IMG/VR virus record: IMGVR_UViG_3300018891_000001
Span: 1-64,000 of that record
Direction: 5' to 3' (one strand)
DNA length: 64,000 nucleotides
This document shows positions 9,579 to 18,313 of the stretch, one piece after another. Position numbers and translations under genes: made by a program. How positions within the stretch are numbered: position 1 is the stretch's first letter; every line of letters starts with the position of its first letter. The notes under the pieces were generated by a model. The model saw nothing but the letters and a program-made list of their open reading frames with translations, did no database searches and was not told the origin of the DNA.

Positions 9579-9680
9579 TTACATAAAATAAAAAATCAGA
9601 AAGGTTAATATACCGGAAAAACAAATCATTCCTATAATTTCTTCCCCTGAATACAATAAACCAGAATCTATATCTTTCAT
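9579..9680 (-). CDS. 33-aa hydrophobic peptide
   Basis: GAGGTG RBS; MKDIDSGLLYSGEEIIGMICFSGILTFLIFYFM; one predicted TM helix. Confidence 0.45.
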   Translation of the reverse strand: MKDIDSGLLYSGEEIIGMICFSGILTFLIFYFM

Positions 9681-9691
9681 AATCACACCTC

Positions 9692-9770
9692 AAATTATCA
9701 AATTATCCTCTTATCAAATTATCGAGAAAACCCTAATTATCGTTGAAATAACAGGGGTTTTCTCGATAAT
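9692..9770. repeat. Four 8-bp tandem units (AAATTATC) overlapping a perfect 16-bp inverted repeat
   Basis: Units at 9692, 9700, 9708 (CTCTTATC) and 9716; ATTATCGAGAAAACCC 9718-9733 / GGGTTTTCTCGATAAT 9755-9770. Confidence 0.75.
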
Positions 9771-9772
9771 AA

Positions 9773-10081
9773 TTAGACTAATAATAATTCTAACTGTTTA
9801 AGTTCCTCATTAATTAAACGGTGAATAAGTCGTAAAGTTGTTACCCTTTCTTCATCACCATCCAAGTTGTTAATATCTATATCAGAATAATAAAATGAGA
9901 ATTCTTTAATATAACCGATTATGCGCTGAGACTTTTCGGTTTGAGCCCAGTTATTTAATACCGGATAATCAATTTTCTTTAGTAGGTATAAATACTGAAC
10001 AATATGAACAACCTCAAAATGATCGCCAGACTCCAATTCATCTGGCAAATGCCTCATAGCTTCGCAAACCGCTAATTTCAT
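9773..10081 (-). CDS. Hypothetical protein, 102 aa
   Basis: ORF track; GAAGGAGGAG RBS. Confidence 0.75.
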   Translation of the reverse strand: MKLAVCEAMRHLPDELESGDHFEVVHIVQYLYLLKKIDYPVLNNWAQTEKSQRIIGYIKEFSFYYSDIDINNLDGDEERVTTLRLIHRLINEELKQLELLLV

Positions 10082-10095
10082 ATAAACTCCTCCTT

Positions 10096-10317
10096 CTACA
10101 CAGCATGTTGTTGCAGCTTCGCCATAATATCTGCTTCTAATGATTCACGATCATGAATGTAAGTAGTAAAAGCCTGTTGCAAATCTTTAGCAGATGGCTT
10201 CTGATGTAAAACAATCTCTCTCATTGTGCCATTGTTATATTTAACACGAGCGATAATTGCAAAAGTATTATCTGGTTGACGCTGAATATAAAAACGAACT
10301 ACTTTCATAGAAATCAC
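10096..10317 (-). CDS. Hypothetical protein, ~70 aa
   Basis: ORF track; AAAGGAG RBS. Confidence 0.7.
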   Translation of the reverse strand: MISMKVVRFYIQRQPDNTFAIIARVKYNNGTMREIVLHQKPSAKDLQQAFTTYIHDRESLEADIMAKLQQHAV

Positions 10318-10646
10318 TCCTTTGGTTTAGCAATTGGAATTAAGAGAATTTGTCCCTCACGGATTTGAGAAGAATCTTCAATACGATTGACTTTTTTAGT
10401 CAGTGTCACAAAATGACGGGTATCCCATCCCCAAGGGACAAATGTATTCATATCTTGTACAACAGTAAAAAGAGTATCGCCCTTTTGCATGCGATACTCT
10501 ATATACTCAATCTGATAATCATTCATTTGTTCTATATGGAATACCAACATAAATACCATTAAAATCGATAAGAAAAAGAGACTGATGTTTTTCCATTTCA
10601 GTCTCTTACAAAATGATTTTTTTCTACGTATAGTGCTTAGATTCAT
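10314..10646 (-). CDS. Membrane-anchored LysM protein (YneA-like architecture)
   Basis: Basic N-terminus, TM helix, LysM motif YRMQKGDTL...IREGQILLIP. Confidence 0.8.
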   Translation of the reverse strand: MNLSTIRRKKSFCKRLKWKNISLFFLSILMVFMLVFHIEQMNDYQIEYIEYRMQKGDTLFTVVQDMNTFVPWGWDTRHFVTLTKKVNRIEDSSQIREGQILLIPIAKPKE

Positions 10647-10661
10647 GTTATCCTTCCTTTC

Positions 10662-10682
10662 CACGAAATTTGCCGGAGGCTA
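10662..10682 (-). promoter_or_regulatory. Hairpin motif copy 5
   Basis: CACG AAAT TTGCC GGA GGCTA; upstream of the LysM gene. Confidence 0.55.
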
Positions 10683-11195
10683 TTACGTTAATGCAACTTC
10701 ATACAAATCTTTTTTACCTTTCAAGAGATATTCTGCTGAAGAATGAATAGCCACTAAACGATGTGGCTGATCACATGTAGTTTGGTTTTGCAGATGCACT
10801 TTATAAGACAAAACACGTTCACTGTCCGTAAGGACAGCATAAATTTGTTGCCATAAATCTACATGTTGTGGAGGCTCTCCTTTCGTAGTGAGCCATCCTT
10901 GACGAACCCAGTTGTACATATGTTTATTTAGACCGGTACTGACTTGTACAACAGATGTATAAATATGTACAAACACAGGTTTTTCTTTCTTCAATTGCAA
11001 GAGTCCATGTAAAATAGCCTGAAGCGTCATACGAGTTGGTGTCGTTCCTTTCGCATAACCACCAATGGTCTTTGTATAATGCTGACCTTGAATGCAGCAA
11101 TGAAGATGAGAACACCAGCCACCGTTTCCTTCTTGGTCTGTTGTGCCGGCTACCCAAAGATTCACTTTTAATTTATCAAACTGAGCTTTACTCAT
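10683..11195 (-). CDS. RNase HI-fold protein lacking the catalytic carboxylates
   Basis: RNase HI-like segments (GGW, T..RM.L.A, YTS, G...W...GW.T..G.P..H.DLWQ); D10/E48/D70 equivalents appear as A/T/S. Confidence 0.75.
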   Translation of the reverse strand: MSKAQFDKLKVNLWVAGTTDQEGNGGWCSHLHCCIQGQHYTKTIGGYAKGTTPTRMTLQAILHGLLQLKKEKPVFVHIYTSVVQVSTGLNKHMYNWVRQGWLTTKGEPPQHVDLWQQIYAVLTDSERVLSYKVHLQNQTTCDQPHRLVAIHSSAEYLLKGKKDLYEVALT

Positions 11196-11262
11196 AGATT
11201 TCACTCCTTCATTTGAATAACAAAAAAAGCCCACACCAGAAGATGTGGACTTTATTTATGAT

Positions 11263-11538
11263 TCAAATTTTTTCATCAATGAATTTATGAATATTGCGCA
11301 AACCGTTTTGACCATAAAGAATACGAATCTTCTTATAATCTACATGACGTGGAGCGGTTTTCTTGTTATGTATTGGAATCCCACGACGATGACAATTCTT
11401 TTCAATCACATTAAGAAGGATTTTTGTGCGCTCGTATTGACCTTGATTGTAAGTACATTGAGCTTGATGAAGAATATGAAGTAAATCATCTGGCAAGAAA
11501 GATACTCGCAAACGAAATAAACGATCAGATAAATTCAT
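11263..11538 (-). CDS. Hypothetical protein, 91 aa
   Basis: ORF track; AAGGAGGAG RBS. Confidence 0.65.
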   Translation of the reverse strand: MNLSDRLFRLRVSFLPDDLLHILHQAQCTYNQGQYERTKILLNVIEKNCHRRGIPIHNKKTAPRHVDYKKIRILYGQNGLRNIHKFIDEKI

Positions 11539-11602
11539 TTCTTACTCTCCTCCTTAGACAAAATAAAAAAAGCCATCCTAAAAAGGACGGCTTTCTTAAT
11601 GC

Positions 11603-12148
11603 CTATATATAAAACGTATGAATATAACGATTAAAACGTTTGGCGTACTCAATACAGTTGGCAGTTCCGCCAGGTGTTCCATCCCAAAATGCGATCACAC
11701 CTTGAACAGAATCTACCATATATTCATTTCGAATTTGCAGTTTGTAATTGCTATGTACGCCAACAGGTGTATGGATATCTCGCATGTACAATGGTGTCTT
11801 ATCCACATACGTCACCAAGTCTGCTAACTCTAACATACGAGAATACCAATACAAAATTTCTGGATTTCTCCATATTTTTGGTTGCTCTTTATACGGTACA
11901 GCAACAATATTCTTAATATGAGGATAACGTTTCTTGAGTTGCTGTACCGTAAAAAAAGCAATTTGATCAAAGCCAATCGCTCCGCCAGACATAAATTTTG
12001 TTGCTCCCTGTTGAATTTTTTCTTCTAAAATAGGAAGCAACAAATTTCTCACAGTATACACTCCTTCATTCTTCCAGGGATCATTCCAATCAAACCCTGG
12101 AATTTTATTAGGGCGATGACCTGTGAAACACCAAGCATCTACAGACAT
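11603..12148 (-). CDS. YspA/DUF1273-like SLOG family protein
   Basis: CFTGHRP, SGGAIGFD, RNEYMVD and FWDG..GGT..CIEYA motifs. Confidence 0.85.
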   Translation of the reverse strand: MSVDAWCFTGHRPNKIPGFDWNDPWKNEGVYTVRNLLLPILEEKIQQGATKFMSGGAIGFDQIAFFTVQQLKKRYPHIKNIVAVPYKEQPKIWRNPEILYWYSRMLELADLVTYVDKTPLYMRDIHTPVGVHSNYKLQIRNEYMVDSVQGVIAFWDGTPGGTANCIEYAKRFNRYIHTFYI

Positions 12149-12175
12149 GCAAAATCCTCCTTGAGAGAATATTTT

Positions 12176-12196
12176 CACCGAACCCGCCGGAGGCGG
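12176..12196 (-). promoter_or_regulatory. Hairpin motif copy 6
   Basis: CACC GAAC CCGCC GGA GGCGG; upstream of the SLOG gene. Confidence 0.65.
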
Positions 12197-12205
12197 TCCC
12201 ACTGG

Positions 12206-12388
12206 CTAAAAGCTAGTGGGAATTTCAATAAATGATTGAAGATAATTATCACAGCCGGATTCGCAATACTTGCAATTTGGACATTCCACTGTAAAATCAT
12301 CATGTAAATCTACATTTATGTGGAATTCCGTTTCGCATTCAGGACATCTAAGATACAACATATTATTCAAAATCCTCCATATACTCAA
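12206..12388 (-). CDS. Zn-ribbon protein
   Basis: CPEC...CPNC. Confidence 0.7.
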   Translation of the reverse strand: MSIWRILNNMLYLRCPECETEFHINVDLHDDFTVECPNCKYCESGCDNYLQSFIEIPTSF

Positions 12389-12404
12389 GAATATAAACCA
12401 CTCC

Positions 12405-12626
12405 TTATTTCATCCTCAATAAAGCTGTATAAGCATCACTAAAACGCTTATATTTTTCTTTACTATAATCATCTTCATGGATAGCATACCAAGTTTGACT
12501 TTCTTGGTGATAACACAATCTGCCAATATAGTAATACCCACAACGAGAACGAAGAACCAATAACTCACTTATTTGACCATCAAGTAAACGATTCTCCATT
12601 GTTGGAACAGAAGGAATTAAACCCAT
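12405..12626 (-). CDS. Hypothetical protein
   Basis: ORF track; GAAAGGGTGG RBS before ATG 12626. Confidence 0.7.
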   Translation of the reverse strand: MGLIPSVPTMENRLLDGQISELLVLRSRCGYYYIGRLCYHQESQTWYAIHEDDYSKEKYKRFSDAYTALLRMK

Positions 12627-12670
12627 ACTATCCACCCTTTCTAATATAATAAATTACAAAAAAATTTTTT

Positions 12671-12691
12671 CACCAAATTCGCCGGAGGCGA
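12671..12691 (-). promoter_or_regulatory. Hairpin motif copy 7
   Basis: CACC AAAT TCGCC GGA GGCGA; upstream of ATG 12626. Confidence 0.65.
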
Positions 12692-13172
12692 TAGCCTTTT
12701 TTTACTTTCTAAATAAAGAACACCTTGTTCGATAAAAAATAAAAAAATACGAACACTTTGTGACAATTTTGTGAACTTTTTTGAACAAGGTAGAATTTCC
12801 CCAAGTTTTGGCGGTATATAAAGAAAGTGAACACCTTTCTTAGAAAGCAAGGGGTTGCTGTCAAAGTTATCTGACAACTGTCACAATTTTGGAATTCTAT
12901 ACCAGAAATTAAAATAAGGGTATTCCAAAATAGCACACTTTCAGATACATAGTACACATTCTTTTGGTGGCTTTGCGAAGCACACCAACAAGTACACCAA
13001 CCGATTTCTAGAAAGGCATACCCAAAACCAAGCTAATGGGGCTGGAAGACAGCGGGGACGTATGCCCTTTTCGAAAGGACCACCCTAACGGCAAATTTTT
13101 AGGAAACATTGGGGGATTGCTACGCATATCATCATGCATATCATATTCTCCGCCGCCCGCCGATAGGGGTTC

Positions 13173-13193
13173 CAACAAATCTGCCGGAGGCGA
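13173..13193 (-). promoter_or_regulatory. Hairpin motif copy 8
   Basis: CAAC AAAT CTGCC GGA GGCGA; no clear gene immediately downstream. Confidence 0.5.
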
Positions 13194-13578
13194 TTGGTCG
13201 GTGCTATGTAAACCACGATTAGTCGGTGCTACGTAAAAGAACCAAAACTCGCCCTCCATCTCTGTGGCTCGATAGAGCCAAGAGTGATCTTGCCGAAGGC
13301 TAACAATAAAACAAGATAAGATGAAGCGTACAAAGGTGTTATCCATCCTCATTCTCATTCCCTCCAGAAGTCAGTATTGTCAGGGTGTAACCTTATACTT
13401 CAAGCCTATAGATAGGACAAGTCACTATCCACTAGCTCCATCCACATAAGACACCCGACACCAAAGATGGTACGAGGGAAGAGCATTCAGATGGTCATGA
13501 TGAACGCTTCCATAGGGTGATTGTGCTCCACTGACACGCTCACCCCAAAAAGCGCATCAGTTTCATCGCACAAAAACA

Positions 13579-13779
13579 TTAGTCAGTAATAAATGCGACA
13601 GAAACTGCATCAGCATTCTGAATGTCCTCCCAAGATATATTTGGTCGGACTTCAGAACACAACACAATTTCAACTACAAATACTGACATGGCTCCTCGAT
13701 CCGACCAGTCCAAAATCAAATGAACTGGCCAAATCAAAGAAGCAAATGCCAGTTCACAAATTATTTTCATGATGAACAC
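13579..13779 (-). CDS. Possible small protein
   Basis: ORF track; GAGGTG RBS before ATG 13773. Confidence 0.4.
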   Translation of the reverse strand: MFIMKIICELAFASLIWPVHLILDWSDRGAMSVFVVEIVLCSEVRPNISWEDIQNADAVSVAFITD

Positions 13780-14163
13780 CTCAACTGATTAATTTGTGAA
13801 CCGTTATTTAACTAGAGTGGCCGTCCTCTAGTGGAGTGGTTCTTCTCCATTCCTATTCGCCTATCCCCAAATAGGAAATCCCCCTGTTAGGGCAGGTCGC
13901 ATACTATGCACAGCTTGTTTTTCTCGCTATCGTGCATATTTAGCCAGGGATATTTTCAGCCTGTTAAATAGCTACTAGGACACTCTTATGCCATTCCCTA
14001 AGAACCTTGCCTAAGCAATGAATACAGGGAATAGAGAGGAATCCGCTCGCAAAAATAAAACACATCACCTCCTTTCTGATGTGAACCACACCAATCAAAA
14101 CAAGAAACACCTCTTGCACTCATTGCTAGGGTTCAAGCCATTCTTAATAAAAAAAAGAAAAAA

Positions 14164-14184
14164 GAGGAGGGCAAAACGCCCTCC
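14164..14184 (-). terminator. Rho-independent terminator of the RNA polymerase gene
   Basis: AGGAGGGC/GCCCTCCT stem followed by a long U-run on the minus strand, immediately after the stop at 14188. Confidence 0.8.
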
Positions 14185-14187
14185 TAT

Positions 14188-17100
14188 TCATGAATAGCGA
14201 GTAACTGATTCCAAATAGAACGTCAATGACTTCTTATTGACTTGAAAATCCTTTACTTTTGCAACAAATCTAGTTGCACCAGTAAAGAAAGTAACATACT
14301 CTGGATAAATCGAAGCTACACGTTGCTTCTTGACATACACTTCATGACGAAGATTGCCAAGTTCATCAGCTTGAACCATAACTGCAATATGATTAGCCCA
14401 ATTTTGAATCATATTAGCAACCATCTCTGGCGTATAACCCGGAGTAAAGTTACCAATGTTCACTTTCGTAACCTCAAGTTGATCAAAACGAGTTACTTGA
14501 GGTTCTTTTAATTTTAAGTGTTCTGTTCCAGACACCTTACGTAAAGCTGCAACAAATTGATGTTTAGCTACAACCCAAGGGAAACTTAACCCACGAGCAG
14601 GCTCATCCACCGTTGCGCCACGCTTCGAAGCTGAAACAGAATAAGTCATCTGATAAGCAACCAAGCCAATATAAGCTGGATCAAATTGTTCTGAAAGAGC
14701 CATAAACTCTGCTTGACACTTTTCAGTAATAAAGTTGAGCGAATCATCTAGATCACGCTTCAACTGATTAATATATTGTTCTTTGGCATAATCACTTGCA
14801 AAAGAAATAAACTCAAGTTGAGACATTTCGGTATCAAACTTACGATACGCATTCGAAATAGCCGTATTGTACATAGATTTAATCATGCGTACATTACTTA
14901 AAACGGCCATTTGTTCCACATGAGACTGTGGCACTTCAACCACAGTGGAAATCGCACTGAGAAGATTATTCTCTGCATATTCACTTCTCAACTTCTTAAT
15001 ATCAGCAATAAATTCTTGTTCTTCCCATTTCAACATATATTCATGAACACGAGAAAGAACAGAATCATTCTGAATACCATTTGACTTCCCTTTTAAATGA
15101 GCGAACCAAGATGGACTTGCCCAAACATAACGACGTAATTTCTTATTGTACGTTGCAACTTCTGCTGGTGGATTTTCAATGAAAGAAAGTTCTTCTTTCA
15201 ATGCTTCTTCATATGCACCACCATGTTTTGCACGGTCAATTTCCCAAGACTGAACCCATGCAAGTAAATCAATAAGTTCTTGGAGTTCATTCACTCTCTT
15301 AATAATCGCTTTTGCTGCTGACATACTGCCAGCTTCATAATGAGAACGACCCTTATACCACAAAGCACGAACCGCATCAGCAAGTTTCGTAGCATAATCC
15401 GTTAACTCACCAATACGGTTTGGCTTTAACGTTTCTGCTACATACTCTAAAGATATTTCATACATCTTTAACTGTAACTCACGAGTATATTGACTCTTTG
15501 TAAAAGTAAATTTATACTTAGACATATCCACTGTACCCTTAAATGGGCAACCATTGTCGAAGAGAATCTGCCCATTCTCTTCCCAATAGTGGATATCTAA
15601 GAAAGCAGGAGCAGATTTGCATGCTTCTTCAACCGCTGTGACCAATTCTGGTTGAGTCATGCACAGTGATGTATCACCATCACAATCTGCTCCACCTTGA
15701 GAAATAGTATTAAAGTCATGGCACGACATAATAATCATGCCATCAAAAGCATCTTTCTTCATATAGCGTGAATAAGCACGTGCTTCAAGAACACGAGATT
15801 GCCCCATAGTCATCTGCGGATTACGAGCAACAGCTAGTTTGCCAACATACACCACATGACCATCTTTCTCTAACATAAAGCACGTACCAGGTTTAATTCC
15901 TTTATTCGGATTCACAAAAAGTTTTCCATTTTTACGAATCTCTTGATCCGTGCCACGCAACTTATACGCATCTAAAATCGCATACGGATCCATAATGATA
16001 AAACGATAATTCGCTTCAACCGGAATTAAACCCGATTTCCACTCTTTAATCAACTCTTGTAATAAAGAAAGAGCCTTTTCTTTCAAGAAAACATCTTGGT
16101 AAGAGTTCGGCGCATAATGTAAATAAAACGACAACAAAGAAACAAGAGTAGAATCTAACAATTCATCTTGTTCCTCTTCTGAATACTCTTCAAGTTGCAA
16201 CAAACGATCATGCCCTAAATACTCCTTCATCAATTCTACATCATGAAGTAACAATTTTGCACGATCCAAATGAGGTTTTAAAAGTTTAATCATAGTATCG
16301 GCACTCAATTTCATACCATGTATAAATTGATACGGTAAACTCACATATCTCTTTTTAAAGCGCATTGGTGCTCCAAAAAGAGCCACACGGAACTGCAATT
16401 GAATATCTTCAATTACATCTTCCAACGTATCTGTAGAAGCTTTGAATGAAGACATTGGAATCACAATATCTTCTTCAAAATACTTCTCTAAATCTGGAAT
16501 ATACACAGCATTGCCTTTTACAAAACCGTTAAACAAACGAACAACACCATTCTGAAAATGACGGCCAAACTCCGCTTCCGCTAAAGTCTTAATACGATTA
16601 TTGAAATACATTTGACCATCACCGGCTACTTGTTCAATAGGATGATCAGCCGCATCAAACACACGACTTTTCTTTGTATCTTTGCCAAAAGCTTTAAACT
16701 TACCTTGTGATACTTCTGAATAAACATCTTCGACAATACGAAGAGATACATTTCCGCCGAGAATAGAAATATCACCATTCTCGTGACGTACTACTTCTTT
16801 TCCAAAACGAATAAAGTTCGACTTAACACTATTCGAAAGCGTTAAGCCAAAACGTTTCATAGCTTTGACATAATCTAATTCATAAACAATCTCACCATTT
16901 TTATCTTGGCCCTTCACCTTCGCAAAGGCTAAAGGATTCATACCAAGAATATTCAATACATCCACAGGATGAATAATATGCTCTGCCACACCAACTACTT
17001 GGACTTGACGTTCTTGAGAAGGAGAACGCAAAGCATAACGAACCATACGTTCTACACCTTCATAATCAATATAACTCATTCCTAATCGAATAATATTCAT

Positions 17101-17667
17101 CGCCTTTGTAATATCCTCTTCTTTTAACGGTTTTAAATCAATGAAGAAAACGTGAGGCAATACATATGCATACACCTCACGTTCTATAACTTCACCATCA
17201 ACTATCTTTCTAACTGTCACCATACGTGGACCATCAAAAATAAATGGAGACAACATCTCTGCTGCATAAGAACCAGAAATCTCTTTATATCCTGATTTCT
17301 TATCTTCACCAACGAAGAAAGAATCAGAATAATTGCGAGTAGAAATATAACGACCATCAACAAATTCGATCGTATCTAAGTCTGCTTGTGCTACAATAAC
17401 ACGAATATTCTTGATACGACGAAGTTTCTTAGGAATTGGATGAGATTCCAAGAACTTCTTAAATACATGAGCTTGTTGTGGTGCAACACCTGCCAACTCT
17501 ACAGGATTCTCTAATACCTCCACTACATTTGCACCACTCGCAACCGCTTCCACAACTTTAGAAAAGTTTTTCGTACCAATTGCCGTTAAAGGCGAAAAAG
17601 AAGCCAAGCGTTCAACCACTTGGCTCACAGACTGAATAGGATTTAATACATTTTTCACATTGTTCAT
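14188..17667 (-). CDS. Single-chain two-barrel RNA polymerase (SPbeta YonO / RNAi RdRP-like)
   Basis: Catalytic GGADCDGD (DxDGD); ARNPQMT.GQ.RVLEA (RdRP RxP motif); AGDGQ and FVKG motifs; N-terminal HhH-like segment. Confidence 0.85.
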   Translation of the reverse strand: MNNVKNVLNPIQSVSQVVERLASFSPLTAIGTKNFSKVVEAVASGANVVEVLENPVELAGVAPQQAHVFKKFLESHPIPKKLRRIKNIRVIVAQADLDTIEFVDGRYISTRNYSDSFFVGEDKKSGYKEISGSYAAEMLSPFIFDGPRMVTVRKIVDGEVIEREVYAYVLPHVFFIDLKPLKEEDITKAMNIIRLGMSYIDYEGVERMVRYALRSPSQERQVQVVGVAEHIIHPVDVLNILGMNPLAFAKVKGQDKNGEIVYELDYVKAMKRFGLTLSNSVKSNFIRFGKEVVRHENGDISILGGNVSLRIVEDVYSEVSQGKFKAFGKDTKKSRVFDAADHPIEQVAGDGQMYFNNRIKTLAEAEFGRHFQNGVVRLFNGFVKGNAVYIPDLEKYFEEDIVIPMSSFKASTDTLEDVIEDIQLQFRVALFGAPMRFKKRYVSLPYQFIHGMKLSADTMIKLLKPHLDRAKLLLHDVELMKEYLGHDRLLQLEEYSEEEQDELLDSTLVSLLSFYLHYAPNSYQDVFLKEKALSLLQELIKEWKSGLIPVEANYRFIIMDPYAILDAYKLRGTDQEIRKNGKLFVNPNKGIKPGTCFMLEKDGHVVYVGKLAVARNPQMTMGQSRVLEARAYSRYMKKDAFDGMIIMSCHDFNTISQGGADCDGDTSLCMTQPELVTAVEEACKSAPAFLDIHYWEENGQILFDNGCPFKGTVDMSKYKFTFTKSQYTRELQLKMYEISLEYVAETLKPNRIGELTDYATKLADAVRALWYKGRSHYEAGSMSAAKAIIKRVNELQELIDLLAWVQSWEIDRAKHGGAYEEALKEELSFIENPPAEVATYNKKLRRYVWASPSWFAHLKGKSNGIQNDSVLSRVHEYMLKWEEQEFIADIKKLRSEYAENNLLSAISTVVEVPQSHVEQMAVLSNVRMIKSMYNTAISNAYRKFDTEMSQLEFISFASDYAKEQYINQLKRDLDDSLNFITEKCQAEFMALSEQFDPAYIGLVAYQMTYSVSASKRGATVDEPARGLSFPWVVAKHQFVAALRKVSGTEHLKLKEPQVTRFDQLEVTKVNIGNFTPGYTPEMVANMIQNWANHIAVMVQADELGNLRHEVYVKKQRVASIYPEYVTFFTGATRFVAKVKDFQVNKKSLTFYLESVTRYS

Positions 17668-17809
17668 AATGATTTCCTCCTGTTTTTATTTACTTATTAA
17701 AGAATCCTAAACCCACCCAACCACCCGCTTGCTGTCATAAGGCGCAAGTCAACCGGACATAAAAAATAAAAACTAAAAACATAAAAAATAAATAATAAAA
17801 AATAAAAGA

Positions 17810-18313
17810 TTAAAAGATAAAAAACTGTTGAGAGACATAATTCGCTACATTAAACAATTCATAGCGAACAGGATACTTCGTTATGCATCTTCCCTTCTTC
17901 CAAGCTTCTAATTCTAAACGCATTCTCACTTCCTTTGTCATAGATTCGGCCGAAGAATAAGAACGAATCCCCTCTGTTAATGCATGACCAACCTCATGAG
18001 ACATAACAACATCCACAAACTGTAGAACCGTCATGTGATTTAAAGAGGCAGTTAGTTTTGTAGTTTCTAAGTCAGCCAACCAATAAATAATATGGTGGGC
18101 AGGAGCATAAACAGCTACAGCACCACTTGGCACTAAAACAGTACGTGGTGAGCCATATATAAACTTCACATCACTACCACTACGTCTAATTACATCAAAA
18201 CATAAAGATTTAATATCATCCTCTGTTACCTCCTTTACATAATTTAAGCAAGTATGAACACCAATAGATAACATATTCGCCACAAAAACACCCTTAAACA
18301 TTTTTCTGATCAT
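17810..18313 (-). CDS. Zn-metallopeptidase-like protein (HExxH)
   Basis: VMSHEVGHAL plus downstream ELEAW glutamate; ATG 18313 with GAGGAGGGG RBS. Confidence 0.65.
   Translation of the reverse strand: MIRKMFKGVFVANMLSIGVHTCLNYVKEVTEDDIKSLCFDVIRRSGSDVKFIYGSPRTVLVPSGAVAVYAPAHHIIYWLADLETTKLTASLNHMTVLQFVDVVMSHEVGHALTEGIRSYSSAESMTKEVRMRLELEAWKKGRCITKYPVRYELFNVANYVSQQFFIF

Noticed and set aside
13008-13358. 116-aa ORF as a real protein
   Set aside because: Atypical composition, runs across two hairpin motifs, no recognisable motif
14061-14083. Hairpin displaying an anti-Shine-Dalgarno loop (CACATCA-CCTCCTTTC-TGATGTG)
   Set aside because: More simply a perfect SD on the minus strand; no promoter or terminator defines a plus-strand sRNA
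14188-17667. Inteins in the RNA polymerase, helicase or terminase
   Set aside because: No C/S...HN-C/S/T splice-junction pattern or embedded endonuclease noticed; the terL interruptions are explained by RNA introns
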